Part shown: piece after piece, positions 12,725 through 26,880 of the stretch
Numbering within the stretch: position 1 is the stretch's first letter
Layout: every line of letters begins with the position of its first letter
From: Podarcis tiliguerta
Taxonomy: Eukaryota
Strand: one strand, 5' to 3'
Length of the DNA stretch: 64,000 nucleotides
Assembly: GCA_965153285.1 (NCBI GenBank)
Contig: OZ229117.1
Notes under the pieces: model-generated
The model's database searches: none
What the model was told of the DNA's origin: nothing
Seen by the model: only the letters and a program-made list of their open reading frames with translations
Position numbers and translations under genes: made by a program

Positions 12725-13318
12725 GCGAATTAACCCCCAAATTAAGATTGAACCAAGGGCAAATAAAAAAGACACATTTTTTAGTAAGTGGTATAACTTT
12801 ATTTCATCTGCATAAAATGAGAACCATACTCAAATAGTTGCAGCAAAATATGCTAGTATCTGGACCGCTTGGTGAACTAGAAGCAAGGGAGAGACCTGTT
12901 GTATCCAGCAACTGGAAGGCTCAAGAGGGAGGCTCTATATGCCTTGGTTTCTTAAACCACAACTGCTGACATTGAAAAGATTGCTTCCTCATGAACAGAC
13001 CCATTAAACATGAGCAAACTAGTGTCTCCAGGTCTATTGACACACATTATAAAGTCTCTCTTCAACTTATACCTGGAGCTTTTAGTGCCAGAGCTCTCAA
13101 AAACTGGTGGGGTGTCTCTATCTCCTGCTTTCACAGTTCCAGGGGGTTCTTTACTGGATATCAGCCTATAGGGTCCTTCAAAAGGATCACCCACATTGGA
13201 TTCAGGGCCCTTCTGCCTGTTTCTGAAGGTCCTTGGCCTATGGCGTGTCTGGTTTGTCCTCTGAGGACTCCATATCCTGCACTAGGTACCGGGCCCCAGA
13301 GCAGAGCTAGGCATGACA
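12725..13318 (-). mobile_element. Probable decayed LTR
   Basis: Minus strand starts TGTCATG at 13318 and has AATAAA near 12800 followed by a U5-like GTGTCTTT tract. The other terminus and the TSD are not resolved. Confidence 0.4.
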
Positions 13319-14227
13319 TCTGCTGATATTCCTGTTAAAGCAAGCTGGATGGAGAAAAGAAAAACACTGCTGCAGAATTATTATGTCTTTCTCTCTGCTT
13401 GCCAAAGAAAATGAAACCTGGGGGGAGCCATTCATCTGTATGAGATAAGGCAATATCGAAGAGCATCACCTCTCAACACAAGTTTTATGCTTTCTCAAGG
13501 AAATGCAGTGTGCAGCATATAAGAAGAGGGAAATTGAACTGCCTCAAAATTGGCAAAAGATAATTAGCATACAATGAAATTATTGTTGTATACATCTGCA
13601 ATTCATGTAAGGTATACGGCACAGGCTATATGAGTCATCATTCAAACGCATGTCCGATTATTGATGCATGATGGCATTCCAGATGCTCTTGGGAGTTCTG
13701 TTCCCTTGCTTGTGGTATCATTTTATCATTATAAAGAAGTAAATCTCCTTTACTATTCCAAGTGTTGCTGAAAAGGAATTTTGATTAGCTCTTAATCGTC
13801 TAACATGCAACTCTTTTTTCTCATTAAGGTGAAATGGCAACTCTTGTTCCTCTCCCCACATTCTCACTAAAAACAGATGAAGCAGATTAAACAAAGGAAA
13901 ACAAAACCATGAACTTGTGTGGATAATGAAATGACTCTGTATTTTTATACCTTGCCTCTCAGAAGTCTTTTGTTGCACATACTGTGATGCTCACATTGCC
14001 TTTATGTATCTCGCCCAAGTGATAACTTTAATTTCTTTTGCAATATATAATGTGTTCTTCTTGATACTGGTAAGCTTTGAATCTTTCCAGCTTTGAATCT
14101 TTCCACCAACATGATGGAAAATATAGGAGGCATTTTAACACCGTCCATATTGCCATTTTCATAAGGAATGTTTTGCTACCAACAAGCAGCAACAGCTATA
14201 TATGGAGGAGAATAACCTTTAGTCCAT

Positions 14228-14252
14228 TGATTGATTGATTGATTGATTGATT
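14228..14252. repeat. (TTGA)n microsatellite
   Basis: Direct inspection. Confidence 0.9.
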
Positions 14253-14516
14253 GCCAGGTGGCCTTGGTAGATCTCCCGGACTAATGTAAAATATGGGAAC
14301 AATACAAAATGTGACATCAAAATGTACCAAAATTTGTAAAAAAAAAAAAGTGTAAAATTCAAAGATAGACCGACCCCTTCTATTCCTGCTAGTGAGGTCT
14401 TTCTTCAAGAATTTCAGTTCAATATTCTGGACACTGGGTGTGTCTTTAATATGGGATTTACCTTCCTGGACAAGTTTAGCTCTTGAAAGCATAGGAGTCC
14501 CTTATAATCATGGCAT

Positions 14517-14762
14517 TACCTCGGGTTAAAGACACTTTGGGTTAAATCTTTTCAGGTTGCGTCCCGCGGCGACCAGGAAGTGACGGAATGGGTTGCTTCT
14601 GGGTTTCACTGCTCGCGCATGTGCAGATGCTCAAAATGATGTCATGCGGATGTGCAGAAGTGGTGAATCGCGACCCACGCACATGCAGACGTGGGTTGCG
14701 TTCTGTTCAGGTTGCGAACGGGGCTCCGGAACAGATTTCTTTCACAACCAGAGGTACCACTG
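14517..14762. mobile_element. Tc1/mariner (Tigger-like) MITE, left TIR clipped
   Basis: Right end GAGGTACCACTG followed by TA, left remnant TACCTCGGGTT, CpG-rich body. Confidence 0.75.
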
Positions 14763-15835
14763 TACAATGTTAGGAGACAACAGAATGCAGCAAACAAAAC
14801 ACATCTACTAGGCCAAAATGGAACATTTTAGAAACAGAGAGCAGAGGAATGAAATTCTGCCACATTAAGTAAATTAAAAACTCAATACTGGAGGATAAAT
14901 GGGAGAAAAGACAAAGTTGAAACAGTACTAAAGCACCACATAAATTAAAGGCCAAAGGAAATAATGTCTTCACCTGGCACCAGAAAGACATTAAAGGGAT
15001 GCCAGGTGGAGAGCATCCTGCAATTTCCTTCCGTATCTTCTCTTGCACCTTTAGGATGTGATCTAACCTGAGTTGCATATCCAGTTTTTGTGCCAACTAT
15101 TTATATTTCTGGAACTGGGACATTTTATTTTTTTAAAATGTGATTTTGCATTGTTTTGGTGAGTAGGGTTTCTTTGGAGGGTGGTTTTTGTCTGCCACTT
15201 TGCAGGGAGGTTTCTCCTGAAACATTGGTTGTATATTTATTAAATAATGCAAAATAAAGAAAATTTTGCATAAATGTATTCTATGCAGGGTGCTGAACTC
15301 CTGTCACCAAATAATTATAAATATATTTCAAGCTTTATGCACACACAGTATTGATAATGGTTTTTGATTTATTTATTTTTACAAAAAAATACCCTCCCAA
15401 TGGACTGAAGTCTATAAGTAATTTACATTTTTATGACCCATCTTGTTTTAGTGAGTTAAAGATGTTTAAAACTGTTTTTAACATTGTGTGCCACAGTAGT
15501 AGTAAGAAATGTTCATCAACATACCAATGAAATCATATGTTTATTTCTTACTCAAATTTATATGGCACTTTCTCATAAAACGATGCTTAAAGCATCTACA
15601 ACAGAAGAAAAATGCAAATCAATACACCATTCAAATAAAAATAGAATACTAGATCGTTTCAAGACATATATTGAAAAACCAGCATGGCAACTCAGTGTGG
15701 TTATATGAATATTATAACACTTGAAAGCCATTATAAAACAATAATTAAATGGATGAATTAATGACAAAAATAATAAACATCTCAATGCAATCTCTTATCA
15801 ACAACAATGTAACTCTCATCCACTGCATGGCAGTA

Positions 15836-16076
15836 CAGTGGTACCCTGGTTTAAGAACAGCCCTGTTTATGAACGATTTGGTGTACGAACTCTGCAAAAC
15901 TGGAAGTAGGGTCCCAGTTTGTGAACGTTACCTCAGTCTAAGAATGGAATCCAAACAGTGGAAGGGCACCGGAAGTGGGAGCCCTCATTAGGGAAAGCAT
16001 GCCTCCATTTAAGAACGGTTTCGGTTTAAGAATGGACTTCCAGAATGGATTAAATTCATAAACCAAGGTACCACTG
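15836..16076. mobile_element. Tc1/mariner (Tigger-like) MITE
   Basis: TIRs CAGTGGTACCCTGGTTTAAGAA / TTCATAAACCAAGGTACCACTG, with TA on the left flank. Confidence 0.85.
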
Positions 16077-16303
16077 CACTAGACCAAATCATGCAAAAAT
16101 TAACAAAGTGTAAATACATTTGACAAAAACTTTATCAATACATAAATGAAACCAGCAGCTTTAAAATAAATATACATGCTAAAATTACATGCTTGAATAG
16201 GCATTACAACTTTAAAACATTTTTAGTGAGCAGGCACTGTAAACAATAGAGCAAAAGTGTCTGCCCAGTATTAATTTTGCATAGTTTTGTTGTCTTCTGT
16301 ATA

Positions 16304-16757
16304 TAGGGACAGGGAAGAAATTAAATTCAGTTCACATTTAAAGATGAACATACCTAATTTGCAATTTCTGAAGCAATATGCGAACCAAAGCACAGCCACC
16401 CTCTAAAATTCACTCTTCTTTGAATTTTGCAATCCAGTTCTCCAGCCAAGAAATGTGTGTGAAAATACATATACTAGCTTTAAGTGTTCATTAAAATGCA
16501 TATAGCAGGGAAAATAAGATCCCAACATACATCATATTAGGGAGCATTTAATTGCTGAACTGCGTATATTAGGCAAAATTGCACACACGCATGTACATTA
16601 TAATAAATTTATACTAAAATGCTGATTAATTTTCAATAGGACTTTGTTGTTGTTTTAAAAAAAGCACAGACTTATTTGTAAATGTGGAGAACGGAACTTA
16701 AGGCTGAACAAATGAAAAACTGAGAGGAAGTGAAATTTACAAATTCTCCCATCCCTA
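16304..16757. mobile_element. hAT-Ac-like MITE, uninterrupted copy
   Basis: Ends TAGGGAC / CATCCCTA resemble the Ac TIR TAGGGATG. The 8-bp flanks TCTGTATA / GATGTATA match at 6/8 positions. Confidence 0.75.
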
Positions 16758-19700
16758 GATGTATAGTATCATAACCACAAGCAGCAGTATTGAACCGTTG
16801 CCATCCTCTCATGATCTCCTGGAGCTGTTGACTCCAGATGTTATTATGCATGGAGCCTGGGAAGATGCAGGCAGCTGTTGCATTATCAGAGAACCACTTT
16901 GTTGGCACCGGCAACTGTAGAGCTGCACTATAACTCAAGCAAAGATCCCCTTATAAGAAAGAGAGAAAGAAAAAACAGGCTTTAGGAAAAATCTCCTAGA
17001 TTGAAATAAATGGAGATGAAGCCTTTAAGAAGAGGAGCAGACAGTCCAAGAACCCTCTTTATTTCCTTCCAGAAAGATCACCTTGTGGGATGAAATAGCA
17101 ATTTAGTTTCCATGTCAGTTTAATCCTCAGCTGCCAACTGTGTTGTTACATTTTTTATGATGTTTACACCTGAAACTGCCAATTTCCTGCATAAGCCACT
17201 GAACATCATGAGACTAAATGACTTTCATCTGCTACTGTGCTGACTTGGAACTAAGGTCATGACTGGCTTAGATGGTACACATTCAGATTGGGGCCCATCC
17301 TTCACACAGAACACCCAGAGAACTTGGAAAGGACGGCTGAGCAGTCTCTGAGAATGGCAAGAAACATTCTCGTGTGAGCAATGCCTCCTTACGGAGCTTC
17401 TGGGTCATGAGGAAAAGAGGAAACTTGAGCTTTTGCTTTGCATAACAAGGTGCCCGAGTTTCAAATGTACGGTAAATGGGATCTACAAAGCATCAACCTC
17501 CTCCTATGGACATAGAAATCTTCCGTGGTCCATCTTGTTCAGTATAGTGAAAGTTGGGGAACTGAGGTGGAAGTTTAGTATTCATTTTCATATTATTTGC
17601 AAATGGATTTTTTTAACGGTGGCAGGTGACACAGAAATGAGCACTGAACTGGAATTACCGTAGGTTCCACTATAGTTGCATGAGGTGGCTTTACATGGTG
17701 GTGAAGTTTAAATATGATGCAGAACTTAACAGTTAGGGGAAAGTCACAGAAATGGAATAAACTGCCATATGAATGCAGCCAGTTGCACTCCAGGGTTTCA
17801 GACAGGCCGTATCTAGAAATGCAAAGGCCTGAATTTGAGACGTCTGAATGCAAAGAAGGTGCCCTATCTTTAAGTCACAGCCCTTTTATCAGCTCAAGAT
17901 ATTAGAAAAATGAACGTTTATTTATAACAGTGCAGCAAGTTTAAAAAAAGGAGAAAGAGAAATTGAACAGACTGAGAATATGTCATCTATTGAAGTATAT
18001 ATAACACATTATGATCTGCTTTGATAGGCATTGGCTTGCTCTGAGTTGCTATTTTTTATTTTATTTTCCTCTTCTCCTTTAAGCCTGCATTTATAGCCAA
18101 AGGCCTAATACAACGTGACACAACTTGAAAGGTCTAATTCTAGTTGGTGTCATTAAAGAGCAGAGCTATATAATCTGACAATCAATGTGGCTGGCAGAGG
18201 GTTAGAGAAGAGTGACCCTTTTCTTAGCCCGTTTGAGAAGGAAATTGATTAGATCTTTATTTAAAACAAACATACAAAATAAAACAAGAAGTCTGACTGT
18301 CATGCATATGCATAGCTCAAGTGAGCAGGGCTACATGATAAATATACAAGTGGCTGGATGCACCAGTTTAATCATGACACTAATGAGTGTCTTAAATAAT
18401 CTTTCTTTTGTGTTTATCTTAGGCTGGAATGGTGCCATTTATAACCACTGCAGAAACAAAGTACTTTGAGCATATTTTTAAAAGAAGAAAATAAAATCCA
18501 AGCATCTCCCAGGAATACATTTTTATTATACACATCCATTTAGGTGCTAATCCAGCAGATGAAAAAGCCCCACTGGTATCAATGGCAATTAAGTATCCAT
18601 GACTGTTGCAGCATTTTACCCTTAATTTACTATTTATAAGGAGCCCTCTCAACTACTTGAGACGATTAATCCCTAAAAGGTGAGCATGTTACCAAATTCA
18701 AACATAATCACGGGCTTTTATATTGGCTAAAAAGAAAGGGCTGGGCTGCAGATCATTTGGGCCACAATCTTTTTCAAACTTACCTGAGAGTGGGTCCAAC
18801 TCAACAGAGTGGTGCTTCCTCCTGTGTACACAGGACCATGTCTAAGCCTGTGTCACAGCATTTTGCCAGTGGTAAATAGGGATAGTTGGAAACTAAGAGT
18901 GTACCATTGTTTTTTGAGTGCTGAGGAAGAGGATGGTGTGTTTTTGTGCCATGAACATTGGCTTTTACCTTTTTACGCCATGGCGGAGGCAGCTCCAGAA
19001 GTTGCTCAGTCACAGTTCCCATTTTCTCCGGCCGTTGGGCAGCCTGGCTGGAATTGATGAGAGCTGGAGTCCAACAGTATCTGGAGGCCACTGTTTTCCT
19101 CTTTCTGATGTGCACCACACTTGAACATTACATATACATATGGATACATGGTGGCATATGCAGTGGAACATATGGGTGGTGTGCAGGTAGAAAGGTGCTC
19201 ACTCATGCTCCCCCAACCATACATATGGGAGCAACCTGTATGTATCATCTGATACACTAAAGAGAAAGCTGGCATTTATTATTCCATGTTTAATACTAGG
19301 ATACAATAAGAGTATGCTGTGCCTGCCACTACTTATCTCTTCATTTAAAAGGCAGAAAATAATGTACAACAAACTATTTATTTACAGGTATATGCATATT
19401 AAGGGTGGCTGCCTGGAATCACAATCTAAAATCCTATGCCCGTTTCACATGTTGATATATACAATAGAAACAATATTACGTTTATTTTTCCCAAAATCAT
19501 GGTATCATGAACAAGCTGGACATATCAATTAAAGGAAACTCAAGTCCAGTTTCATGTGACCTTTGTCAAAATGAGAGTTTTGACCTTTACCATTCCAGAC
19601 TGTGTATTGATGAGAAGTTGGAGAGGAAAGAAACTAAGAACATGACAGATATTGGTAAGTGAGGTTAAGAAGAAATGTGAGAATAAAACTGCAGATGTTT

Positions 19701-20102
19701 AACATTACAAGACTTATCAATAAAAAAGGCAAAGAAGCCCCATTGCCACAGGAGTGGCTAGCATAGTGGGGCAGTTCCACAGAGCCACCCTCCTGAAACT
19801 GATGTCCCTGTAGCACACCAGGGGAGAATGGTGGCACGGGAGGATGGCAGCAAGATCCGGACTACACTATACTGCTGAACTCAACTGGTGCACCCATGCA
19901 GCTGCAACCTTACTAGCATCCTACCCGACCCTCATGGCATGCTTATGGCGGGTAGCAATGCTGGTGTCAGGACAATTCAGCAGCACTGCCCCACTACACT
20001 CCTTTTTTCTTGTGTCTTGTCTTTTGAGTTTCTAACCCTAATTGTAATTAAAAAGAAGAAGTTGCCTTGGGAGACAATAATTGTTTGAAAAGTGGGATTA
20101 AA

Positions 20103-20433
20103 GGTAAAGGTAAAGGGACCCCTGACCATTAGGTCCAGTCGTGACCGACTCTGGGGTTGAGGCGCTCATCTCGCTTTATTGGTCGAGGGAGCTGGCGTAC
20201 ATGACTAAGCTGCTTCTGGCGAACCAGAGCAGCGCACGAAAATGCCGTTTACCTTCCCGCAGGAGCGGTGCCTATTTATCTACTTGCACTTTGACGTGCT
20301 TTCGGACTGCTAGGTTGGCAGGAGCAGGGACTGAGCAATGGGAGCTCACTCTGTTGTGGGGATTTGAACCGCCGACCTTCTGATCAGCAAGTCCTAGGCT
20401 CTGTGGTTTAACCCACAGCGCCACCCGCATCCC
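20103..20433 (-). mobile_element. Sauria SINE
   Basis: Reverse complement of the 4853 family, with an (AAAGGT)n tail and a 15-bp TSD AAAAGTGGGATTAAA (20088-20102 / 20435-20449). Confidence 0.95.
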
Positions 20434-23234
20434 AAAAAGTGGGATTAAAATATATTAAATAACCAACAAGCAAGACTTCTGCAAGTTAGGTTTTAATTCT
20501 ATACCTGTGAACCTGGGAGTAAGTGTTCATGTAAGTGAACTAAATGGAACTTGCTTATTAGTAGACATGCACAGGATTCCATTGTCGCTCCATTGCGTTC
20601 AGTGGGTCTTATTATCTAGTAAATGTGTTTATGTGTGTAGCCTTCTTCTTTTTGCTGTACATCTTCAAAACCCAAAATTATTCAGAAGAAATTTTGTCTC
20701 TCGATCATGACTCAGAAGTCTAAGGGAAGTGTACCCAATAAGGTCAAAACTGCTTTTAGTGATGAGCATTTATTTTCAAACTATCTGTTTTCATGGATGA
20801 AATACAGTAACTAAATGGCCTTATGGGATGGTGAAAGACAGCAGGGGATAGAAAGGAGTCTATTTTTGAAGGTTATATTATCAATACTTGAGGGAATCAA
20901 TTCCTTAAGATCCAATTTAGCTGTCTATTGGCTTCCAGTAATGTTAAAGGTATTATATTTGATCCACACTGCACTATATCACACCGTTTAACTAACTGAG
21001 CAGGCAGTCTCTCAATTTATGCTTGGCACATTTTTGGTTAGCTAAGGCTCTCAGGCTTAAGGCATGCTTGCTGAGAGGTGGCTAGCTCTCCCCAACATCT
21101 TATTCCTGAAGGACATGATATTTTGAAATTCTGTCCTTGAAAGCATCTGTTTTGAAAATGTGGAGTGGATTATTATAGCGTCAAATAAGCCTTAGTTGGT
21201 CATTCAAATTTCTCACACAATTAAAATTGTCGACCCTATCACCCTCCAAAATTTGGTGGGCAGAATGTTTGCAGTAGTATGCCTTCTGTTCTCATAGAGT
21301 TGCGGATGGAGCTATGAAGTTTGTGCCTTCCAAACCAACTTTAGGTTTTATTTCAGTAAAGGCTATACAGAGCTTTTTCAGTCTGTTGTCTTTGTCTTCT
21401 CAGGCCAGAGGAAGTGGTTTCCCCCCCCCCCCCAGCTAGATCCAAATAACACTGAGGAAAAGAAATGAAGTCCTTCTCATCAGTGGTGACTTGTGCCCAT
21501 TGAGGATGGTGGGGCAGAAGGCAGACAGCCTGAAAGCAAGATAGATGTTATTTGTAAGTTAGACTTGTTACAAAAAGTCACTTGTTACCCAAAAGTCTCC
21601 AAGCAGCTTGCAACATATTAAAAACATAAACATGAACACATCACACCATAGCACAGAATAAAACTACCCCCATAACAATCACTGGAAAATTTGGCAGCAC
21701 ACTAGTAAGATGACTAAGTATTGCAGTCTATCAAAAGCCCTGGGGTGGGGAATATAAGTACTTACCTGATGCTCAAAACATATCAGTGACTACAGTTGTC
21801 CATTCTGTTCTTTAGTACAATAGCACTGGCCCTGTGACTCACATTACCTTCTGAGAGTAGATGGGTTCTGACATTCTAGGTGTTTTGCCAGATGCTTAAA
21901 CTTTTTCTGTTGCTACAGGCTCATCCAGATAGATAAGGTGCTCATTGAGGATAATTTTTTTATGAATTTTTAATGCATTTAATGGAAATAGTGTGTTAGG
22001 AGGTTGGGGGTTGGTTTTATTGATTCTTTTTACTTGTACACCACTATTGACTTTCAGGAGGAATTTAAAATCATTCCAGTTTACCCAGGCATTTGATAAC
22101 TGAAAGCTTTGATGGCTTTTCCTAGTAAACTTGAAATCGTTGGCTGAGAGGAAGACTGATATTATATAAAACCACTGAAAGGTTAAGTTAAGCTGGTTGA
22201 AAACGTTAACCATATGCCCAAGTGAAAACTCCAAAGAGAGAAAATGAGGATGAGCCATCTGAAAGATCCCAAAATGACATTCTTCCCATACGTATTATGG
22301 CATCAACAAATGTATGGATGAAAACATCTTCCAAAAATAAACCCAAAACTTCTTGCTATATAATTTGCAAACAATTTATATAGCAGAAGAAGAAACATTG
22401 GCTCGTTCATTCATAGCCACCAACAGGGTGGCAGATTTTCAAATTGTAAATGTATTAATTGGTGAGGTTTCTATATCAAATATCTTAGCAAACAATAGAG
22501 TTTCTTCACATTTCAGTGCAGAGATGATTCCCAAAGGTATTTCTGACTGCCTATTTGTGCCTCCTGGCTTGTCACCTGTCCAGTGGCCATGTTTATTATG
22601 TCCTTTGATTGGATGGCCTGAGGGTTATAAAAAAAGCACACTTCATTCCATCTGTGAATTCTAATATAACGATTAATTATACTAATTACTTGCAAACACC
22701 TGCATTTTCTTTGTGTGAGTCCATAGTTTTAAGAAATATGGAAAATATAAATAACATGCTTTTAATTTTGCTGCAGAGAATACTGTTACAGAGCAGAGCG
22801 TCTCAGTTATGGGAACTAATTACAGCCTCTTTTTCTGTTCCTCAGATCTCTCCCTAGGTCACACTCAGGCAGGACCTCTCAATGGCCTTCTTCACAAAAT
22901 GGATGCCCCCCCCCCACCAGAATGTGGCCCTGAACTCAGATGATAACTCTTTCAAATTATTCTGGACAGAGGATAAAGTAAGCAATCCTATCCAGAAAAT
23001 ATAAAATTATGTTTCTTTTGCCAGTGCCCCCCAACCTCCTGTGGTCCCTGCAAGGTTGCCAGAAGGGAATGTAGCCACCATGCTGAAAAAGTTCCCCACC
23101 CCTGTTATAGAGCAGCTGACTCAAAATGGACAAAGCCACTTTCAGGGGGAAAGCTTAGCCCATTCAAATGTCTTCTATTGAGCAATTTCATCTGAGGGAA
23201 AAGGAGGTAGGATTTAGGGATCATAGCAGACCAC

Positions 23235-23400
23235 AAGCTTAACATGAGTCAACAGCTAATGCTGTTCTATGCTGTATCAACATAAATATAATGTCCAGGT
23301 CAAGTCCACTCTGTTCCACCTTGGTCCGACCACATCTGGAGTACTGTGTCCAGTTCTGGGTGCCACAGTTTAAGAAGGATATTGACAAGCAAGATTGGAT
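23235..23400 (+). mobile_element. CR1 LINE internal fragment
   Basis: Encodes [22 protein letters not shown], the CR1 RT C-terminal motif. Confidence 0.85.
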
Positions 23401-23834
23401 TGTTCTCAGAAAATATATCACTTTGATTGAAAACTAAACCATTAAAACCAGGGGTGGACTTTAGTTCTGCTCAATTCACTACATCATGGTTGTGACACCC
23501 TGAAGCACCCCCTAGTCCCGGCGCCCAGTGTGGTGGAACCAGTCACACTGCCCTAAACCCACTTCTGATCATGATGAAAGATCCCCCCCCCCCCAATTGC
23601 TCCACACAACTCTATAGCTCCTCTGCTTTTGAGTTCTGGGGATTTTCCTAATCAGCTTGATTTGTTTCCCAGAAAAGAAAACTATACTGCAGGTGTGGAA
23701 GCGTTTAGGTTTTTGGAAAAACCAGGGCAACAGGGCTACCTGGGAGGTTGGAAGCCCCCTGCCTTGCTTGACGCGCTTTGTTCATTGCACAATATGACTC
23801 AGGAACGTGAGATTATGCCCCATGTAATCCCATT

Positions 23835-24192
23835 GGGACGTGGGTGGCGCTGTGGGTTAAAGCCTCAGTGCCTAGGGCTTGCCGATCGAAAGGTCGGCGG
23901 TTCGAATCCCCGCGGCGGGGTGCGCTCCCGCTGTTTGGTCCCAGCGCCTGCCAACCTAGCAGTTCGAAAGCACCTCTGGGTGCAAGTAGATAAATAGGGA
24001 CCGCTTACTAGCGGGAAGGTAAACGGCGTTTCCGTGTGCGGCTCTGGCTCGCCAGAGCAGCGATGTCACGCTGGCCATGTGACCCGGAAGTGTCGTTGGA
24101 CAGCGCTGGCCCTTGGCCTCTTTGAGTGAGATGGGCGCACAACCCTAGAGTCTGTCAAGACTGGCCCGTACGGGCAGGAGTACCTTTACCTT
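23835..24192 (+). mobile_element. Sauria SINE, distinct CpG-rich subfamily
   Basis: GGGACGTGGGTGGCGC head, B-box GGTTCGAATCCC, (ACCTTT)n tail and a perfect 10-bp TSD TAATCCCATT. Confidence 0.95.
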
Positions 24193-24264
24193 TAATCCCA
24201 TTTCACTTCCTGCATGATAGGAGTTTATAAAATTATGCCTTACATTCATGGACATTCAGTGATG

Positions 24265-24990
24265 CTAAATGCTGGAGGATTCAGGACAGATAAAAGAAAT
24301 TACTTATTCACACAGTCAGGGGTGTAGCAAGGGGTGTGTGGTAGATGTGGTCCGCCCCAGGTGTCCCCACTGAGGGGGGTGACAAAATGGTGGGTGACAC
24401 TAACCGCAGGGCCTGCAGCGCACCTGAGCCACGTGTCTCTCCTGGGAGTGACGCACTGGCTTGAGTGCCCGCAGGCTCTGCGCTGCCCAAACGGTCCGCC
24501 CATTGCCTGCCCCTCAGCTGTAGGGCAGCTGAGTGGGAGGAGGCAGGCAGATTCCTCAGATGCCCGGGGTGCCCCCATGGGTGGGTAGCCCCACCCCCAT
24601 GGCCAGCTGGCACGCACTTCTCCCCAGGGGCCCAATTGGCTTGCTCCACCACCAATTGGCTTGCACACAGTACATAGTTGAACTATGGGTCTTGCTTCTA
24701 CAAGAGACATCCACCCATTTGGATGGCTTTAAAAGAAGATTAGACAAATTAATGGAGGAGGGGAGTGTCAATGGCTACCAGCCATGATGGCTATGCTCTG
24801 CCTCCGCAGGTGGAAGCAGCAATCCTTCTGAACAGCAGTTGTTGGAGCTCATGTTGGACATGAGAATTCTTTTGTGCTCAGATCCTGCTTGAGGGTCTAC
24901 CATCAGCTTCTGTTTTGCCACTGTGAGAACAGAAAGCTGAACTAGATGGGTCATTGGACTGATTCAGCAGGCTCTTCTTGTGTTCTTTAT
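24265..24990 (+). mobile_element. CR1-type 3' end split by a hAT MITE
   Basis: FRTDKRNYLFT-coding start, GGATGGCTTTAAAAGAAGATTAGACAAATT motif and TTCTTGTGTTCTT tail. Confidence 0.75.
24317..24663 (+). mobile_element. GC-rich hAT MITE
   Basis: Starts CAGGGGTGTAGC and has a perfect 8-bp TSD CACACAGT (24309-24316 / 24664-24671). Homologous in reverse orientation to 56492-56829. Confidence 0.8.
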
Positions 24991-25425
24991 TTGGGGTACA
25001 CATAGACCCTACTATTTAGGTTACAGTAAATTACCTTTTAAAGGAGATGAAGGGAACTACAAGATAATAAACACTTGTTCATCTTACCCACTCCCCCCCC
25101 CCCCATTGCAGTTATAGGAATAATCAGGTTTCAAATAAGTTTTTACATTGGTGGTTGTTTTGCAGACCCCTCCAATATCTGACAGCTGGAGTTTCAAAGC
25201 AAAATTCTGAGTAAATTAAAGCAATAACAAAATAACACAGGGCAGCTGTTTCAGCTTTTTTCACACAACAATGCTCTTTAGAAAAGCTAATGAATCTAAT
25301 GGAATTTAACAAACCCTGCCAAAGGAACAATAATTGATTTTAAATGTATGGAAAAGTCTCACACGAGCCACCCCACCAAGCACTAAGAAAAGGAATGCAA
25401 ACATACTAAGGGCTGTGTGTGTGTG

Positions 25426-25690
25426 CGCAACCGGGTTCGCGTCCCCACTCCTCCACATGCAGCTGCTGGGTGACCTTTGGCTAGTCACACTTCTCAGAAG
25501 TCTCTCAGCCTCACTCACCTCACAGAGTGTTTGTTGTGGGGGAGGAAGGGAAAGGAGATTGTGAGCCACTTTGAGACTCCTTAAGGGGAGTGAAAGGTGG
25601 GATATCAAGTCCAAACTCCTCCTCTTGCTCCTCCTCCTCCCCTTCTTCTTCTTCTTCTTCTTCTTCTTCTTCTTCTTCTTCTTCTTCTTC
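25426..25690 (+). mobile_element. 5'-truncated CORE/L2-tailed SINE (Squam2-like) with (CTC/TTC)n tail
   Basis: B-box remnant GGGTTCGCGTCCCC, MIR-like GCTGGGTGACCTTTGGCTAGTCAC, then GTGAGCCACTTTGAG...GGGATAT and a (TTC)n tail at 25643-25690. Confidence 0.7.
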
Positions 25691-26379
25691 TGTTATGCCA
25701 TTTAGGCCTCTTTCTCTCCAGTTCTTTAAACTGCCCCCAATACACACCCTCCCAGGATGCACCCATCACTGGCCCTTCTTCATGCCGTGCTCTAGTGATT
25801 TTATGCTTGGATGAAATATGTCCTAGAGCTATGATAGTATCTCTTCCTTACCCAGATGGAAGATGGTATGTATTTGGCCATAGTTATCAGGTGCCCCCCC
25901 CCCCAAAAAAAGGTTGTCTAATGACAAGGGTGGTCCTTGTGCTGAAAAGGGTTCCCCACCTCTGCTTTAGAGGAGGGGTGGGAGACATTTTTATGCTGAG
26001 TATTCCATTCTCTCAATTGCAATTCATTGGGCCATTCCAGGTGCAGGTGGGGTCTACTTGCATGCCATCCCAGCTGGCAGAGTGGCATTATTCCACATCC
26101 AACAGTCCTTCAGCTAGCCTTATGCTGGTATTGTGATTATACCCTTATTCACATAAAAACTATTGACTGGAAGCTATTTTGACTTTTGATTAACTGGGAG
26201 TAAGCTAACTGTAAGGGGATCTTATACAGACAGCACCTTTTTTATAGGAATAAACTATTGATAATATTTTAACAATATTCCCTTGGGGGAAATGAAATGG
26301 AAAATAAAGCTTAGAAATTGGCAACCAGTCAAAATAACAAGCGACTCTGCACTGCTGTAGAGGCAGCTGTTTTATCCTA

Positions 26380-26880
26380 TTGTCAAGATCCAATCCAATA
26401 AATGCAATAAATAATAATAATGCCCAATATTGGCTGGAAGTATCTCTCAGCTTAGAAGCGGAAAGGATCTGCTGTCTTTTCATTCAATAAGGCAAAATTA
26501 CATTTCCCCTTTCAGTCTTTGCGTGTTAAATTTGTAAGCAAAATCTAAAGCTTTGATTGATATCAAAACAGCTATATCTTGAAACATACTAATCAGGCTC
26601 CAATTACTTGCTAAAATATTTACATCTATAATGCTAATTGAAACTTAAGTTGCTATAATGATTTATTAATCCTCATTTTCAAATTATTTAATTATCTCAG
26701 TAAAATGGTAATGAATCATATTCATGATTCAAGTCACTCCAATAAATTAACTTTTCCAGTGGTTAATTGGATAAAATGTGGTCTTAAGTAACAGGCAGTT
26801 CAGAGAAAGATATGCAGATACACTATTTTAATACAGCTTGTTATTGCTTGATTCATTATACAATGGGGCAGTATAATATA
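26380..26880. promoter_or_regulatory. Putative conserved non-coding enhancer
   Basis: Repeat-free AT-rich block dense in TAAT/ATTA, with Pbx-Hox type TGATTGAT (26554) and TGATTTAT (26659). Conservation is inferred, not shown. Confidence 0.4.

Noticed and set aside
14073-14104. 16-bp tandem duplication (also a 14-bp one at 44662-44690)
   Set aside because: Ordinary two-copy slippage duplications with no array or spacer structure, so not CRISPR-like.
25520-26136. ORFs with poly-Glu, poly-Ser and poly-Leu runs (up to 179 aa)
   Set aside because: These are read-throughs of the (TTC)n SINE tail.
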